DNA of 64,000 nt from Macrostomum hystrix (GCA_950097015.1 CATNEN010000038.1:15934001-15998000), one strand, 5' to 3'; positions 48,537 through 61,414 are shown, counted from the first letter of the stretch. The notes: generated by a model from the letters alone, not told the origin. Program-made: numbers and translations.

Positions 48537-50499
48537 CTCAGCCGCAGCATCAGCCAGTTTCGCAGCCGCAGCCCGCCAAGCAAAAGCAGCAGCAGGCGCA
48601 GGCTCCAGCGAAACCAGTTGCCAATAGCAACAGAAGTAAGGAGCCTCGTCCAGTGGCCGCTGCGGCATCAGTGACACCTCAGCAGCCGACGCCGTCGCAA
48701 CCGCCTGCTCAAGCCCCTCTCCAGCAGCAGCAGCCAAAAGAGGTCCCTTTATCTTCATCTAAGAAAACTCCAGCTGCGCCTGTTGCAACAGCGGCACCTC
48801 CAAAGTCGGGTTAGTTTTCTTTATTTCTAATGTTAATTACAAATTGATTTAGTTTTTTTGGGTTTCCACAGTAACGATGCTTTCTTGTTTTAGCTCCTCC
48901 GACGGCTTCCACGCAGCAGCAGCAGCAACATCAATCTAGCAGTTCGTCCGATTCTGACAGCTCGTCTGATAGCTCAGATTCTGACTCGTCAGATTCCGCC
49001 TCAGATATTGAGACTAGCTGTGAGTATCATGTTCGCCCATTAGTTCTGAATAATTTATCACGCTGATTTCCCGGATCAACTCATTCTTCGATTCACGCAA
49101 CAGCTTCGCGACGACCTGCAGCTGCCGTTGTTGGCGCTGCCGCTGCGACATTGTCATCGAAGTCGACTGCCGTCTCCCAGCCGACTGCAGCTGCAGTGAG
49201 CTCCGCCCAGCAGCAGCAGGCGCCGCATCCAAGTCCGTGGAGCTCCCTGCTGCAGACCAATCCTCATCATCAGCCAGCCAAGCCGGATATCTCGGCTGCC
49301 CCGGGAGCCAACGCTGCCGCGGTGCACGCGTTTCAGAAATTTCAAAAGCAGACAGCCGACAGTAAAAAGGAGCGCGAGGCTATGCTGCGAATGCAGCGAG
49401 AGGAGGAAGCGAAACGCGCCAAAGCTGCCGTGGCGGCTGCCGCTGCTGCTAGTCGATCTGGCGTCGTTGGCAAGGACGCACCGTCGACGTCGACTTCAAC
49501 AGCGGCCGCGTCAACTTCAGCAGCGCCGGTGCCGGCACCTGCCTCTGGCCAGACTATTGGCGGTATCTCCGCCGCCGAATTGGAGAGGCGAAAGCTAGAG
49601 GAGAAACGAAAGCGTGAGGCGGTGAGTTGTCATCTTTTTTATTCTGCCGTCTCTTCCCTCAATGTTTTAAGCTGTTTTGAACTACGGGATTCCCCGCCCT
49701 AAATTATCAATCAATCACAAATCTTCAATCCCATTTATCATCATCCCAGAACCTTGATGGGGATCACAAATCTTCAATCCCATCTATCGTCATACTAGAA
49801 CCTTGATGGGGATCCTGAATCCTCAATCCCATCTATCGTCATCCCAGAACCTTGATGGGGATCCTGAATCCTCAATCCCATCTATCGTCATCCCAGAACC
49901 TTGATGGGGATCCTAAATCTTCAATCCCATGTATCGTCATCCCAGAACCTTGATGGGGATCACAAATCTTCAATCCCATGTATCGTCATCCCAGAACCTT
50001 GATGGGGATCCTAAATCTTCAATCCCATCTATCGTCATACTAGAACCTTGATGGGGATCCTGAATCCTCAATCCCATCTATCGTCATCCCAGAACCTTGA
50101 TGGGGATCCTGAATCTTCAATCCCATCTATCGTCATCCCAGAACCTTGATGGGGATCCTAAATCTTCAATCCCATCTATCGTCATCCCAGAACCTTGATT
50201 GGGATCCTAAATCTTCAATCCCATCTATCGTCATACTAGAACCTTGATGGGGATCCTAAATCTTCAATCCCATCTATCGTCATCCCAGAACCTTGATGGG
50301 GATCACAAATCTTCAATCCCATCTATCCTCGTCCCAGATCGTTAAACTATTCAGCAATCCGCATTCATCAAATCCTAAACTCGTCCCGATATTGCAGGAA
50401 GTGACCCAGACAAACCTGGGCTTGAACACCCAGGAGGAGTTGATGAACTTTGAGGAAGAGATGAACATTGGCGAGAACGACGAGTATAGCTTCTTCTAA
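46286..50499 (+). CDS. BET-family bromodomain protein (BRD4-like: BD1, BD2, ET, C-terminal motif), 5 exons, about 956 aa
   Basis: Exons 46286-47434, 47834-48809, 48894-49019, 49104-49621, 50398-50499. Two WPF bromodomains, ET domain [18 protein letters not shown]...EIEIDFETL, Ser/Asp tract, and KRKREA...QEELMNFEE resembling the BRD4 CTM. Confidence 0.93.
49715..50340. repeat. 49-bp minisatellite in the last BET intron
   Basis: TCCCATCTATCGTCATCCCAGAACCTTGATGGGGATCCTGAATCCTCAA, about 12 copies. Each unit has an internal TCCCATC/GATGGGGA inverted repeat. Confidence 0.95.
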
Positions 50500-52705
50500 A
50501 AAGTGAAAGAGCATATTCGCATATAATTCTAATATAATATACGCATAGTTTCGTTTCTATACGCCTTGTTGTAAAATTTTGTTAATAAATTTCAAACACA
50601 TAATGCAGAATTATAGTTAGCAGTAGTGACTTCAAAGTTATTCAGTTAGTTTAAATAGGCTTTTTGTTCAGTTTTGAATATGCCTGTTGTGATTGCCAAT
50701 AGTTTTGGGGACAGAATTTCACAATCCGATGTTTTGTGTGAAATCAACATAGCAGAAGAATTATACAAAGAAATAAAAATGTGAAAATCTCTTACAATGG
50801 CAGCAGTTTCGCGTTTCTTAACAGTACTGTACTGCTCGTTTGATGTCTGTTTAATTTTTTTCTTCTTTTTCAATTATTTTCTTAACTCTTCTTTATTTTG
50901 TCATGCTTGGCAATTAATTAGTTAATAATTGGTACCTATGCAGAAATTGTTAAAAGAGTTTTATATTATAATTAATTATGTGTATGTATAAACCTTGTTT
51001 CTAGCCTTAGTGTCCACACATTTGATTCCTGTCTGTTCTGCATGCTGTCAATAAACTGGATCTGAATCTAAAAATCATCTCCGCTTTTGCTTCTAGTTGC
51101 AAAGTATCACTTTAAAAATACTTATTATAAAACAACAAAAATTAGACTTCAAAAGTGTAAACGTCACAAATAAAAATTCGGCTTTCTAAAGGCAAAAATC
51201 GCTTACTTAACGTTTCTGTCAAAAAAATAATATAGAATTTCCAGTTTTGTAAACAAAAAATTCTGCATATCGCAAACAGCTCAGTTTTTTACCATCTAAT
51301 TTGATAAATTTTCTACTATTTGATCATGTATAGCAGTAGTAGTAGTATTACTATTCTCCATCTTCATTTTTTAATTGCATTGTATCGCATTATTTTGCTT
51401 TATTAAGCGACTTTTTTAATAATAGTTTCGAGCGTTGGTGCATTCGTGCACTATATGTCTATATGCGTCTTATAAAAAGTGTAACTAATATGGCATTTAC
51501 TTCTGTACCAAAAAAGGAAGCGACCTTCAAGCAAGCACAAAAGGAAAATCAATAAGTTTAACGGTTTTTCCTTGTCGAAAATTTTTTATTAAGTAGTATC
51601 TTGTTCGTAATTTATTCAGAATAGTGCGTACAAATTGAGTCTGGATTTATTCATTGCAGTGTCAAGTTCAGCATAGTCTATGGCTGCAAGTATACTTCTA
51701 TTTTAAGTAAATAGTCTAAACTTTATTTTTTACGAGTACAAACAGTTTAACCAATCAGAGCGTAGACAGAAGGGATAGAGAAATTTCGGAGAGAAGCTGC
51801 GTCAACCAATCAGAATCTAGCTGTGCTCCTGAGACTCAATGGGTTCGCCCGAAGTTCTATTATGAAATTTCTATTTGTGTATGCATTCATGCTTTTTGTT
51901 AATAATTTCAATTTCTTCGCTTTGTCCCCCTGTTTCGTTATCGGAAAAGCCTACTCTTAGACTGCTCAGTGCGTCTGTTTTGTAAACCGATTGAGCTGTT
52001 TATTTGCTTCTATCTGTGCGCGCATCTTCAATGTATTATCTCATATTATTATGTGTTTAGTTGTTTCCATGAGCTTGCTGCGCTGTTATTACAAGGCTGC
52101 AGTTCACAGTGTCTGGTCAGTTGCCCGTCCTCAACCCTCTGCCCCGCCCTGTCTCACTCCCCATCCATTGTTCTATTGTTATTCTCATTTTTCCTGTGTC
52201 TAATGACACCCTGAAGCCTGAAGACGTTTGTAGTTTTATTCAACAGGCCTGTAGCCTGTCCTTTTGTCATATTCTGTGTCCAATCTGGGCATTGAATTCT
52301 TAAACTCTTGTTTAATTAAAAAGCCTAACTGAATAAAAATAATAAACTTGTCAATTGTTAACTGTTCGCAATTTATTAAATACACTTATTATTATTATTA
52401 CTATATCATTTACTGACAACCGAGCACAAGATGCGGTTATTGTGTGAGGATAAGTAAACAAGTAAGGCTTTGTCATTTCTAGATTAGACATATCTAAATT
52501 TCTATCCCAGCTTTCCCAGTATTTCCCTTATTCTAAGAGATTCGAACTCGCATTGTCTCGGTCAGAAGTGCAGCAAGTGTACACTTTCTTACTGGTAAAT
52601 AATATTGAGCACTAGAGTCCAGTGTCTCTCTCCCAAATCCCAGATCCCCATCAAGTCGATACGATATTGCGCAAAATGTTGACTCCTTAAAAATCTCAAT
52701 TCCAG

Positions 52706-55380
52706 TCCCGCAAGCGACACCTCTCGGCCACTTTCATCGACGCCGGCAGTGCCGACGCAGATGATAGCGGCAATTTCCCCGGCTCGACTGCTCTAAAAGA
52801 GTTCGGCAATGTTCTTCAGCAACAGCAGCAGAAGAAGAAATCTGTTAATAGTCGAAAGCGTCTGTCGAAGATTTCAACTGGCAGTCGTCGCCAATCTATC
52901 GCCGTCTCCCGCGGTGGCGGCTCCGAAAGCGGCAATCCGTGCGTGCTCTGCTGGCAGGCTCCCGTTACTGACGAATCTCTACTAGCCTGGCTTGATTTAA
53001 GACGCGACGGCTCTAACACTGTGGCCGCCCACTACAAGTGCATGCTGTTTGCCAGCGCTCTGTCCCAGGCTGCAGATCCGGACGATGACGACACAGATTC
53101 TGGCGAACAGTCGCCAGTGGGAGACTTGCTAGCCGGCTTCGAGGTTGACAGCTTGACTAGGGAGGCTCAGCGAGGCCGACGACTGCGCTGCAGTTATTGC
53201 AGGTGAGAACTCTTACCTGTTGGTTTGTGTCGCTCTTACCTGTTGGTTTGTGTCACTCTTACCTGTTGGTTTGTGTCACTCTTACCTGTTGGTTTGTGTC
53301 ACTTTTACCTGTTGGTTTGTGTCACTATTACCTGTTGGTTTGTGTCACTCTTACCTGTTGGTTTGTGTCACTCTTACCTGCTAGTTTGTGTCACTCTTAC
53401 CCGTTGGTTTGTGTCACTCTTACCCGTTGGTTTGTGTCACTCTTACTAGTTCCATCAGAGCTACTCCTACTATTGTTTGCTAGGCGTGTGGGCGCCACAG
53501 CCGGCTGTTTAGAATCGCGCTGCCCTCGCAGCTATCACCTGCCGTGCGCCAAGCAGGCCGGGGCGCTGCTAATTCACGCCGATAATTTCGCTGTGCACTG
53601 CCCGACCCATTGGCCCAAGCCGCTGTTGGACGCTTTCGACGAGCGCCGGGCTGGCCTCCGCCAGAGTCAGCGGGATGAGCAGCTGGCGGCTGCGGCGGCT
53701 CATACTGAAGCAGAGTCGGCGGATCTTGCCTGTCCGGTCTGCCTTGACCCGCTGGAGCTCGACGCCGCTGAGGCTTATCGATCGATTGTGTTCGGGCCAT
53801 GCTGCCGAAAGTGCTTCTGCCACAGGGCCTGCGCTCAGGTTTGGGATTTTTTTAGAATTGTCACTCTCGTCAGGTACGGGGATCAGAGTGATGTCAAGCT
53901 GTGATTATCAAACTGGGATCAGAGCGATGTCAGACTGGAATAGACTTAAGTAAATAGCACAAAGCACTAATAAGAGTGATGACCCACAGGGATTATAGTG
54001 ATGGCACACAGGGATTATAGTGATGACACACAGGGATTATAGTGATGACACACAGGGATTATAGTGATGACACACAGGGATTATAGTGATGACACACAGG
54101 GATTATAGTGATGACACACAGGGATTATCGTGATGACACACAGGGATTATAGTGAGAACACACGGGGATTATCGTGATGACACACAGGGATTATAGTGAT
54201 GACACAAAGGGATTATAGTGATGACACACGGATTATAGTGATGACACACAGGGATTATAGTGATGACACACAGGGATTCTAGTGATGACACACGGATTAT
54301 AGTGATGGCACACAGGGATTATAGTGAGAACACACGGGGATTATCGTGATGACACACGGGGATTATAGTGATGACACACAGGGATTAGAGTGATGGCACA
54401 CAGGGATTATAGTAAGAACACACGGGGATTATAGTGATGACACACGGATTATAGTGAGAACACACGGGGATTATCGTGATGACACAGAGGGATTATAGTG
54501 ATGACACACAGGGATTATAGTGAGAACACACGGGGATTATAGTGATGACACACGGGGATTATAGTGATGACACACAGGGATTATAGTGACAACACACGGT
54601 GATTATAGTGATGACACACATGGAGATTATAGTGATGACACACAGGGATTAGAGTGACAACACATGGTATCGTGATGACACACAGGGATTCTAGTGATGA
54701 CACACAGGGATTCTAGTGATGACACACAGGGATTCTAGTGATGACACACAGGGATTATAGTGATGACACACAGGGATTCTAGTGATGACACACAGGGATT
54801 ATAGTGAGAACACACGGGGATAATAGTGATGACAGACGGGGATTAGAGTGATGCGACACACGGATTAAAGTGAGATCAGACTTGGATTATCAAAATTTAA
54901 TTCGCAGAGGTAAAAGGTGACATTCAGTCGATTAGTGTGGTCAGTGCTCAGTGAGTGTTTAAGCACAGCCGGATCCGCCCGCAGGCCTACGCGAACTCAG
55001 CCGGCAGTCACTACATCAAGTGTCCGCTGTGCGCAGACACCGATCAGTTTAATCGCGCCTGGATTCAGCAGGGCATCGAAATTCCGTGCCGCGACGCTAG
55101 CTGGGAGCTGGACGCCAACGCCTACGCAGCCCAGCGCCATCGACCCCGGCTGTGCAGCCACCCGACCTGCCCGGACCCGGAGGTTGATCACTACGGCGTC
55201 TGGCTACTCAAGATTTGCTACGTGTGCGGCGCCGATGCGTGTCACGTGACCTGCGCCGGGCTGAAGTCTGGCCGGCATCGGTACTGCTGTCCGACCTGCA
55301 GCCGGGCCATCGGCGGGAGCGCCAACGACGTGCCTGAGTTATTGGCCGCCGCTGTTGAAGCCAATGAGCATTCCGAATAA
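52706..55380 (+). CDS. G2E3/PHF7-like extended-PHD/RING finger protein without HECT domain; start codon not located
   Basis: Exons 52706-53202, 53484-53838, 54985-55380, phases consistent. HYKCMLFASAL, CSYC..RVGATAGC...CPRSYHLPC, CC...HRACAQ, KCPLC, GIEIPCRDASWELD and a C-terminal PHD. Confidence 0.85.
53210..53447. repeat. 23-bp minisatellite filling intron 1 of the PHD gene
   Basis: CTCTTACCTGTTGGTTTGTGTCA, about 10 copies. Confidence 0.95.
53983..54870. repeat. 22-bp minisatellite in intron 2 of the PHD gene
   Basis: CACAGGGATTATAGTGATGACA, about 40 copies. Confidence 0.96.
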
Positions 55381-56633
55381 ATGGACTTTATTAAATGGAA
55401 GTTTGTTTATTAGTTATTTTTATAATCTCTTTTCCGAATCGCTATCATCAGTTGTGGAACTCTCTGAACAGCTGGAAAACCACGCTTTTTTCCTTGGGGA
55501 AAGACCATCTGCTCACTTCACGATGGCTCCCAAACCCAAACGTAAAATAGTTATCAATCAAATTATAATCAGGAATAATAGCTGAAATGGTTACATAATA
55601 AAGTTTAATGAGCTGAAAAAATATGCCTATATATGTAGTTCTTGCCACCAGTCACCCCGACGAGAATCGTTGAACATCTCGACGATGCCGATTTTTTGTG
55701 TTTTGGTTGAACATTTTAAGAGGTGTACCCCAGTGGTCTTTCCCCATTGTGGAAATAGTGCTGTCTTTCTACTGTTCACTGTACTCTACTACTCAACAGT
55801 AGTGTAGCATCGATATCGGTGCAGTTTTTTTCGTCTGACTTTGTGTCAATTTTCTAAGCTTTTTGTTTCTCTACGGCATTTTTAATTGTGGCAATTAAAT
55901 ATCGTAATTATTATTTAACTCGATCATTTTCTTATTTTTCTCCAGCTTTAAGCAACTATAATGTCGAATATTAACTTTCCTTTTTTGTTTGTCTTTAAAA
56001 TACGATTGCTAAAAGCAGTTTTAAAACAATCGGTTCAATAATTATTTATTTCTGGCAATATTACAAAATACTAGCTGTTCTTATTTTTATGAAACTATAT
56101 TATTAACAGTAGTCACTTGAGGTTGCAAATACAAATGCCAACTTGTTGTAAAACCAACAATAAACTTCACGTTTCAATGATTATGAAATTAAAATAACAA
56201 CCTGTGTTCGTTGCTGGAACTTTTTTTATTCGACAATGGCAGGCTGTAAATTAATAATAGTTGTACCACATGTACTTTAGGAATGGGTTGTTGAATTGAG
56301 GTTATTAATAATCGGATATGACAAAGCATATATTAGTGCTTCGTGTGCTTGTGTCGCAAACTATCTGTCAGTGTCACTGGTCGCCCAGATCCCTGTACAA
56401 CATGCCCTTATTCATATGTCGGCTTTCAAAAAGCATCAGCCCCCCTATGTCGATGCATCAAACGCGTGTTAGAGCACTTCGGCTTATTGCATTTAGCGCC
56501 TCCGGCCATTATTCTGCACATCCAGCCCTGCTAGCTTCAGCCATTACCCAGCTGTCTTTGCCATGCTATGTAATGCATTGCCGATATACAGATTTACAGA
56601 GCATGTATGATCCATAGCCATCACGCTTCAACA

Positions 56634-56930
56634 CGGGTTGTAGCCTAGTCGTTGAAGCGTCGGACTTACAACTTGAAGGTCGAGGGTTCGATTCCCGACT
56701 CGACTCTACTGAAAAAATGTGCCCTTTAGCAAGACACTTTACTCTCTGTAGGGCATAAGTTCATCCAGCTGTTAAATGGGTAACCAGCATTAGCTGGGGT
56801 AATTGAGGGTGGGTGTGGCATCCTCCCCCCAGTCCATGGACTGACCAGCTGTACACAGCAATGGCTGCGCGGTGCAGTGCTGTCGGCTGCACATCTAGCC
56901 CATTTGGGGGCAGGCGTAATCAATTAAACA
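56634..56930 (+). mobile_element. tRNA-derived SINE family A, near full length
   Basis: A box TAGCCTAGTCG at 56641, B box GGTTCGATTCC near 56685, central CCTTTAGCAAGACACTT...CAGCTGTTAAATGGGTA, and CAGTCCATGGACTG. Confidence 0.82.
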
Positions 56931-57058
56931 ATACGTTAGCTAGTCACAACTTGTCTATCTACCCTTGTCCTCAGTTTTTTTATGACAAAGCTAAATGCCA
57001 ACTGTTGGTAGTCACTCTATGATAGTCAGTCTATCATTGGCCATCTACCATTCTTATA

Positions 57059-57667
57059 TACTCAGCAACAGCTAAAACCCCCCCAAACTCACGCTGTCAC
57101 ACGGGCACAAAAGTTAAGCAATGTCTTTAATTCTAGTCTCAGTATCGTGTGTAGGAACCACGAGCATGCAAAAGTGCCGTGACTCGTCGTGGCATCCTGA
57201 TCACCAGCCGGTTGATGAACTCTTGGGGCAGCTGCTGCCAGGCATTCAGCACCGCCAGTCGCAACTGTTCAGCATTCTGTGGGGCATCCTGCTGAACTCT
57301 TCGCTTTACAAAGTCCCAGACATGCTCGATGGGGTTCATGTCTGGAGACTTTGACGGCCAGTTCAATGTGCGAATGCCGAGCTGCTCCTTCAGCAGCTGC
57401 ACGTGTGCTGCTCGATGTGGCGCAGCGTTGTCGTCTTGAAGCATGCAGTTCTGCGGGCCGCCAAAGGTTGTTGTAGCAAATGGCAGAAACTGCTGCTGTA
57501 GCAGCTCTGCATAGGTCTGCCCACCCCCTCCCCAAATCCCCCATGCCGCACTTTGCGCTCGCGTCTGGCGGCTGCAGCCTTCACACATTTCTGAGTCACC
57601 GATGGCATACAAAACTTTTGGGCCGTGTGACAACGTGAGTTGGGGGGTTTTTAGCTGTTGCTGAGTA
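57059..57667 (-). mobile_element. Internally deleted Tc1/mariner (DD34E) DNA transposon
   Basis: ~55-bp terminal inverted repeats (TACTCAGCAACAGCTAAAACCCCCC... / ...GGGGGGTTTTTAGCTGTTGCTGAGTA) with TA on both sides. Transposase C-terminus QDDNAAPH...WPSKSPDMNPIEHVW has 34 residues between D and E. Confidence 0.92.
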
Positions 57668-58202
57668 TAGTCTTCCATTGTCACTCTAACTACTGTCACT
57701 TTACACACTTAACCTGAGTCTCTCTCTTCATATATTTTGCCATTAACAAGTGTTACAATTCATCCTAATACGGTCAATTATTTGTGCACCTCGATTGTCA
57801 ATAACTCAACAAATTAAACTAGCTCGTATTTACTTTCTCATATTTACCATAACAACGCTTTTATTTGGTAAATTCTTCATGCGAGAATTTCTGGCCCTTT
57901 TAAATTAGGCATAATTTACTTTCTAGGCGCGTTTCACACAATTTGGTCCTGAATTGAACAAATTACTACCATCAAATTAGCCCTTGATTGTGATTTACCC
58001 GACACTTTGTCGATTGTAGGTTATATAGATCTACTAGAACTTTGTAGATTTCAATTTCTCTATACTACACATTCAAATATTCTCTGATGATCTCAACATT
58101 TTTTTCTTTTAATCCTACAGTTTAATCATTCCTTCAACAACATGTTGCGTTAATAATTGTCTACTTCTAGTGCGAATCTTAAATATAAAAACAAATCCTT
58201 GC

Positions 58203-58298
58203 TTCATTCCTTCCTCCCTTCCTCCCTTTCTCCTTCCTTCCTTCCTTCCTTCCTTCCTTCCTTCCTTCCTTCCTTCCTTCTATCTATCCTTCCTTCCT
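58203..58298. repeat. (CCTT)n microsatellite
   Basis: Directly visible. Confidence 0.95.
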
Positions 58299-59221
58299 CT
58301 GTGTGTCTATATTCAAACAAATCGAATACGAAATCCCTTATTAAAAAACCTCATCAACATGCTGAAACGTGACAAATCAATAGTGGATTTTCTCCTTTAA
58401 TTGTGGAATGAAATTCGCAAAATATTTTGTTATATTCGTACTTGTTAGTTTTCCATTGTTCTTAGCAGACGTTGAGGATTGTCGCAAAAAATAATAATCA
58501 CCAACCGGATGTATAGTTTATCATGGACATTGTGCGTGACATTATAAAATTATTCGCAGTATTTTCTCACTAAATTTGCAAAGAACACAGCAGAAGCTTA
58601 CAGATCTTGTCGGTCCTGTTTACTCTCAGCATTTCTTCTTTTTGATCCGTCCATTTTTCTCCCAGAAGTGAAAATCCTCAGTCAAGGCCTTTCCTTCCCG
58701 CCCTTGTCCGGCGCATTGACCCGGCCAGCTTAATCCTCTCCGATCCGTTCTCGAATACACAAAAGCCTGAATGGGCTAGCTTTCATCGTGCGCGGCCCAA
58801 AATCTCCCCTGCCTCTTCCCCGCGCACTCTGATCCTCTCGCCAAAGCTCCCACAGGAGACAAGGCACCGTATTGAGTTAGTAACTAACGAAAAAATAGAA
58901 CTAGCTGAGTTCTCTCTGCCTCCGAGAAACCTGCCCATGTTGGTTCGGACCAACCTCAAGGGAATTCTGTTTCTGGGCAGGCAAATAGACAGCTATATTT
59001 TTGCTGAGCACAAGTCAAATGCTTCAGTAGCTGCATTCGATTGCCTCAACCTTACTCTCAACACTTTATGAGAGTCTGTTGTGCCCAAACTGGGTAATAT
59101 AGGTCTACAGCGGAATCTTTCATTCAATTCCAAAGCGTTGATTGCGAAGGTCGAAGCACGAAAAATATAATATAAGGTTCTATTATCGTATTAACGAATA
59201 TTACGAGTTCCGTGCTGTCTT

Positions 59222-60245
59222 TCTAGGAACCCCGCTGCCTACCCAGCAACCTCGGTGCCTGTCTAGGAACCCGCTGCCTGCCCAGAAACCTGGGTGCCTA
59301 CCCAGAAACCCCGCTGCCTACCCAGGAACCCCGCTGCCTGTCTAGGAACCCCGCTGCCTACCCAGCAACCTCGGTGCCTGTCTAGGAACCCCGCTGCCTG
59401 CCCAGAAACCTGGGTGCCTACCCAGAAACCCCGCTGCCTACCCAGGAACCCCGCTGCCTGTCTAGGAACCCCGCTGCCTACCCAGCAACCTCGGTGCCTG
59501 TCTAGGAACCCCGCTGCCTGCCCAGAAACCTGGGTGCCTACCCAGAAACCCCGCTGCCTACCCAGGAACCCCGCTGCCTGTCTAGGAACCCCGCTGCCTA
59601 CCCAGCAACCTCGGTGCCTGTCTAGGAACCCCGCTGCCTGCCCAGAAACCTGGGTGCCTACCCAGAAACCCCGCTGCCTACCCAGGAACCCCGCTGCCTG
59701 TCTAGGAACCCCGCTGCCTATACCCAGGAACCCCGCTGCCTACCCAGAAACCCCGCTGCCTGTCTAGGCACCCCGCTGCGTACCCAGGAACCCCGCTGCC
59801 TGTCTAGGAACCCCGCTGCCTACCCAGGAACCCCGCTGCCTGTCTAGGAACCTCGCTGCCTGTCTAGGAACCCCGCTGCCTGTCTAGGAACCCCGCTGCC
59901 TGTCTAGGAACCCCGCTGCCTGTCTAGGACCCCGCTGCCTACCCAGGAACCCCCTTCTTACCCAGAAACCACGCTGCCTGTCTAGGAACCCCGCTGCCTA
60001 CCTGGAACCCCGCTGCCTACCCAGGAACCCCGCTGCCTACCCAGGAACCCCCTTGCCTATCGAGAAACCCCGCTGCCTGTCTAGGCACCCCGCTGCCTGT
60101 CTAGGAACCCCGCTGCCTGTCTAGGAACCCCGCTGCCTACCCAGGAACCCCGCTGCCTGTCTAGGAACCCGCTGCCTACCCAGAAACCCCCTTCCTACCC
60201 AGAAACCCAGCTGCCTACCCAGAAACCCCGCTGCCTACCCAGAAA
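59222..60245. repeat. 20-bp GC-rich minisatellite with a 120-bp higher-order repeat
   Basis: AGGAACCCCGCTGCCTGTCT monomers. Identical 120-bp blocks start at 59341, 59461 and 59581. Confidence 0.96.
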
Positions 60246-60549
60246 AACAGAAAAACCACTGACTTCTAAAAAACACCACAATCTATTTAGAAAAAACCCA
60301 CTGACTCCTTGGAAGCTTCACAGTCTACTCAGTGAAACCCACAGACTCCTCAGCAAGCCCACTGGTCCCTCAGAAGCGCAACCTCCAAAATACCCAATCA
60401 AGCTATTACTATTGGCCATTCGCAGCAGCCAATAGCGTTAAACCAGTCCCGTAAGTGTGCAAATTTAGAAAACCGTTATCTGCATAAATGGAAACAATTA
60501 CATTTGCTCCGCTAATGTAGCGGAGACCTTCGACTAAAGACAAATTTTT

Positions 60550-61122
60550 ATGGCTGAATTCACCACATCAGCAAATCGGTTGCTGCAAGACACTTTGCCG
60601 CCGGCGCCGCCGCCTCCACCGCCGCCGAAGTATCCGACGCATCGTCGGGTACTATTCAGCGGCCTAGGCAGGGACAGCTGGTCTATCAAGACTGATTCCG
60701 AACGCGTCGATTCGTCCTCAAGATCATCTGGCAACTGGGACGCGAGCGAGATCGGGTTGCTGATCATTGCTTGCCTATTGTTGTGCACTATCACCATTCT
60801 CACTCTGCTGTCCATTGTCTTCTGTAGAAAGCGGAACACTGTCTTCATAGCCGAGGGTTCCTTGATGCTCGCGTCGTCTGATTCAGGTCGGTCCGGAGTT
60901 CGAAACCTGGAGCGCGCCAAGGAGCAGGAACTGATCGAGCTGGACTTAATGCTGTCCGGCCTGGATGACCGCAGCGAGCGTGCTGACGACTCCGAGGCTA
61001 ACGACTGCGGCGACTGCAGCGACGCAAGCGTTGAAGACGAGACACCGGGCTCGGACAACTCCGACGACATCGGCTGGCTGCTGCTGGCAACCAACAGGCC
61101 CAGGAGATTGCCGCGGGCGTAG
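60550..61122 (+). CDS. Putative single-pass membrane protein (190 aa), function unknown
   Basis: GC-rich ORF with hydrophobic IGLLIIACLLLCTITILTLLSIVFC followed by RKR and an acidic tail. AATAAA at about 61209. Confidence 0.6.
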   Translation: MAEFTTSANRLLQDTLPPAPPPPPPPKYPTHRRVLFSGLGRDSWSIKTDSERVDSSSRSSGNWDASEIGLLIIACLLLCTITILTLLSIVFCRKRNTVFIAEGSLMLASSDSGRSGVRNLERAKEQELIELDLMLSGLDDRSERADDSEANDCGDCSDASVEDETPGSDNSDDIGWLLLATNRPRRLPRA

Positions 61123-61414
61123 ATGACGGATGGGAACCATCGACCTTAGTTTCTGACTAGAATGCCAAGTGCGAAGTCATTCCTCATTTATGTCGATTTG
61201 CTTTATGGAATAAAACTGAAAAAGATATAAAACTTTACTTTGTAACTACTTTAATCAGTTGTATACACTGTGTCTAGACAATTCGAATATTGAATAATTA
61301 GATCATTTAGTCTGGTTTGACTGACCAATGCCAAAACTCAAAAGTCATTAATCATCAAATAAAAAAATTGGTCATATGAGTTAAGTGTTCCTGAATTTAG
61401 CTCCATACCTACCT

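Noticed and set aside
56634-56710. tRNA gene
   Set aside because: A and B boxes are present, but there is no convincing acceptor stem and the sequence continues into a multi-copy SINE body.
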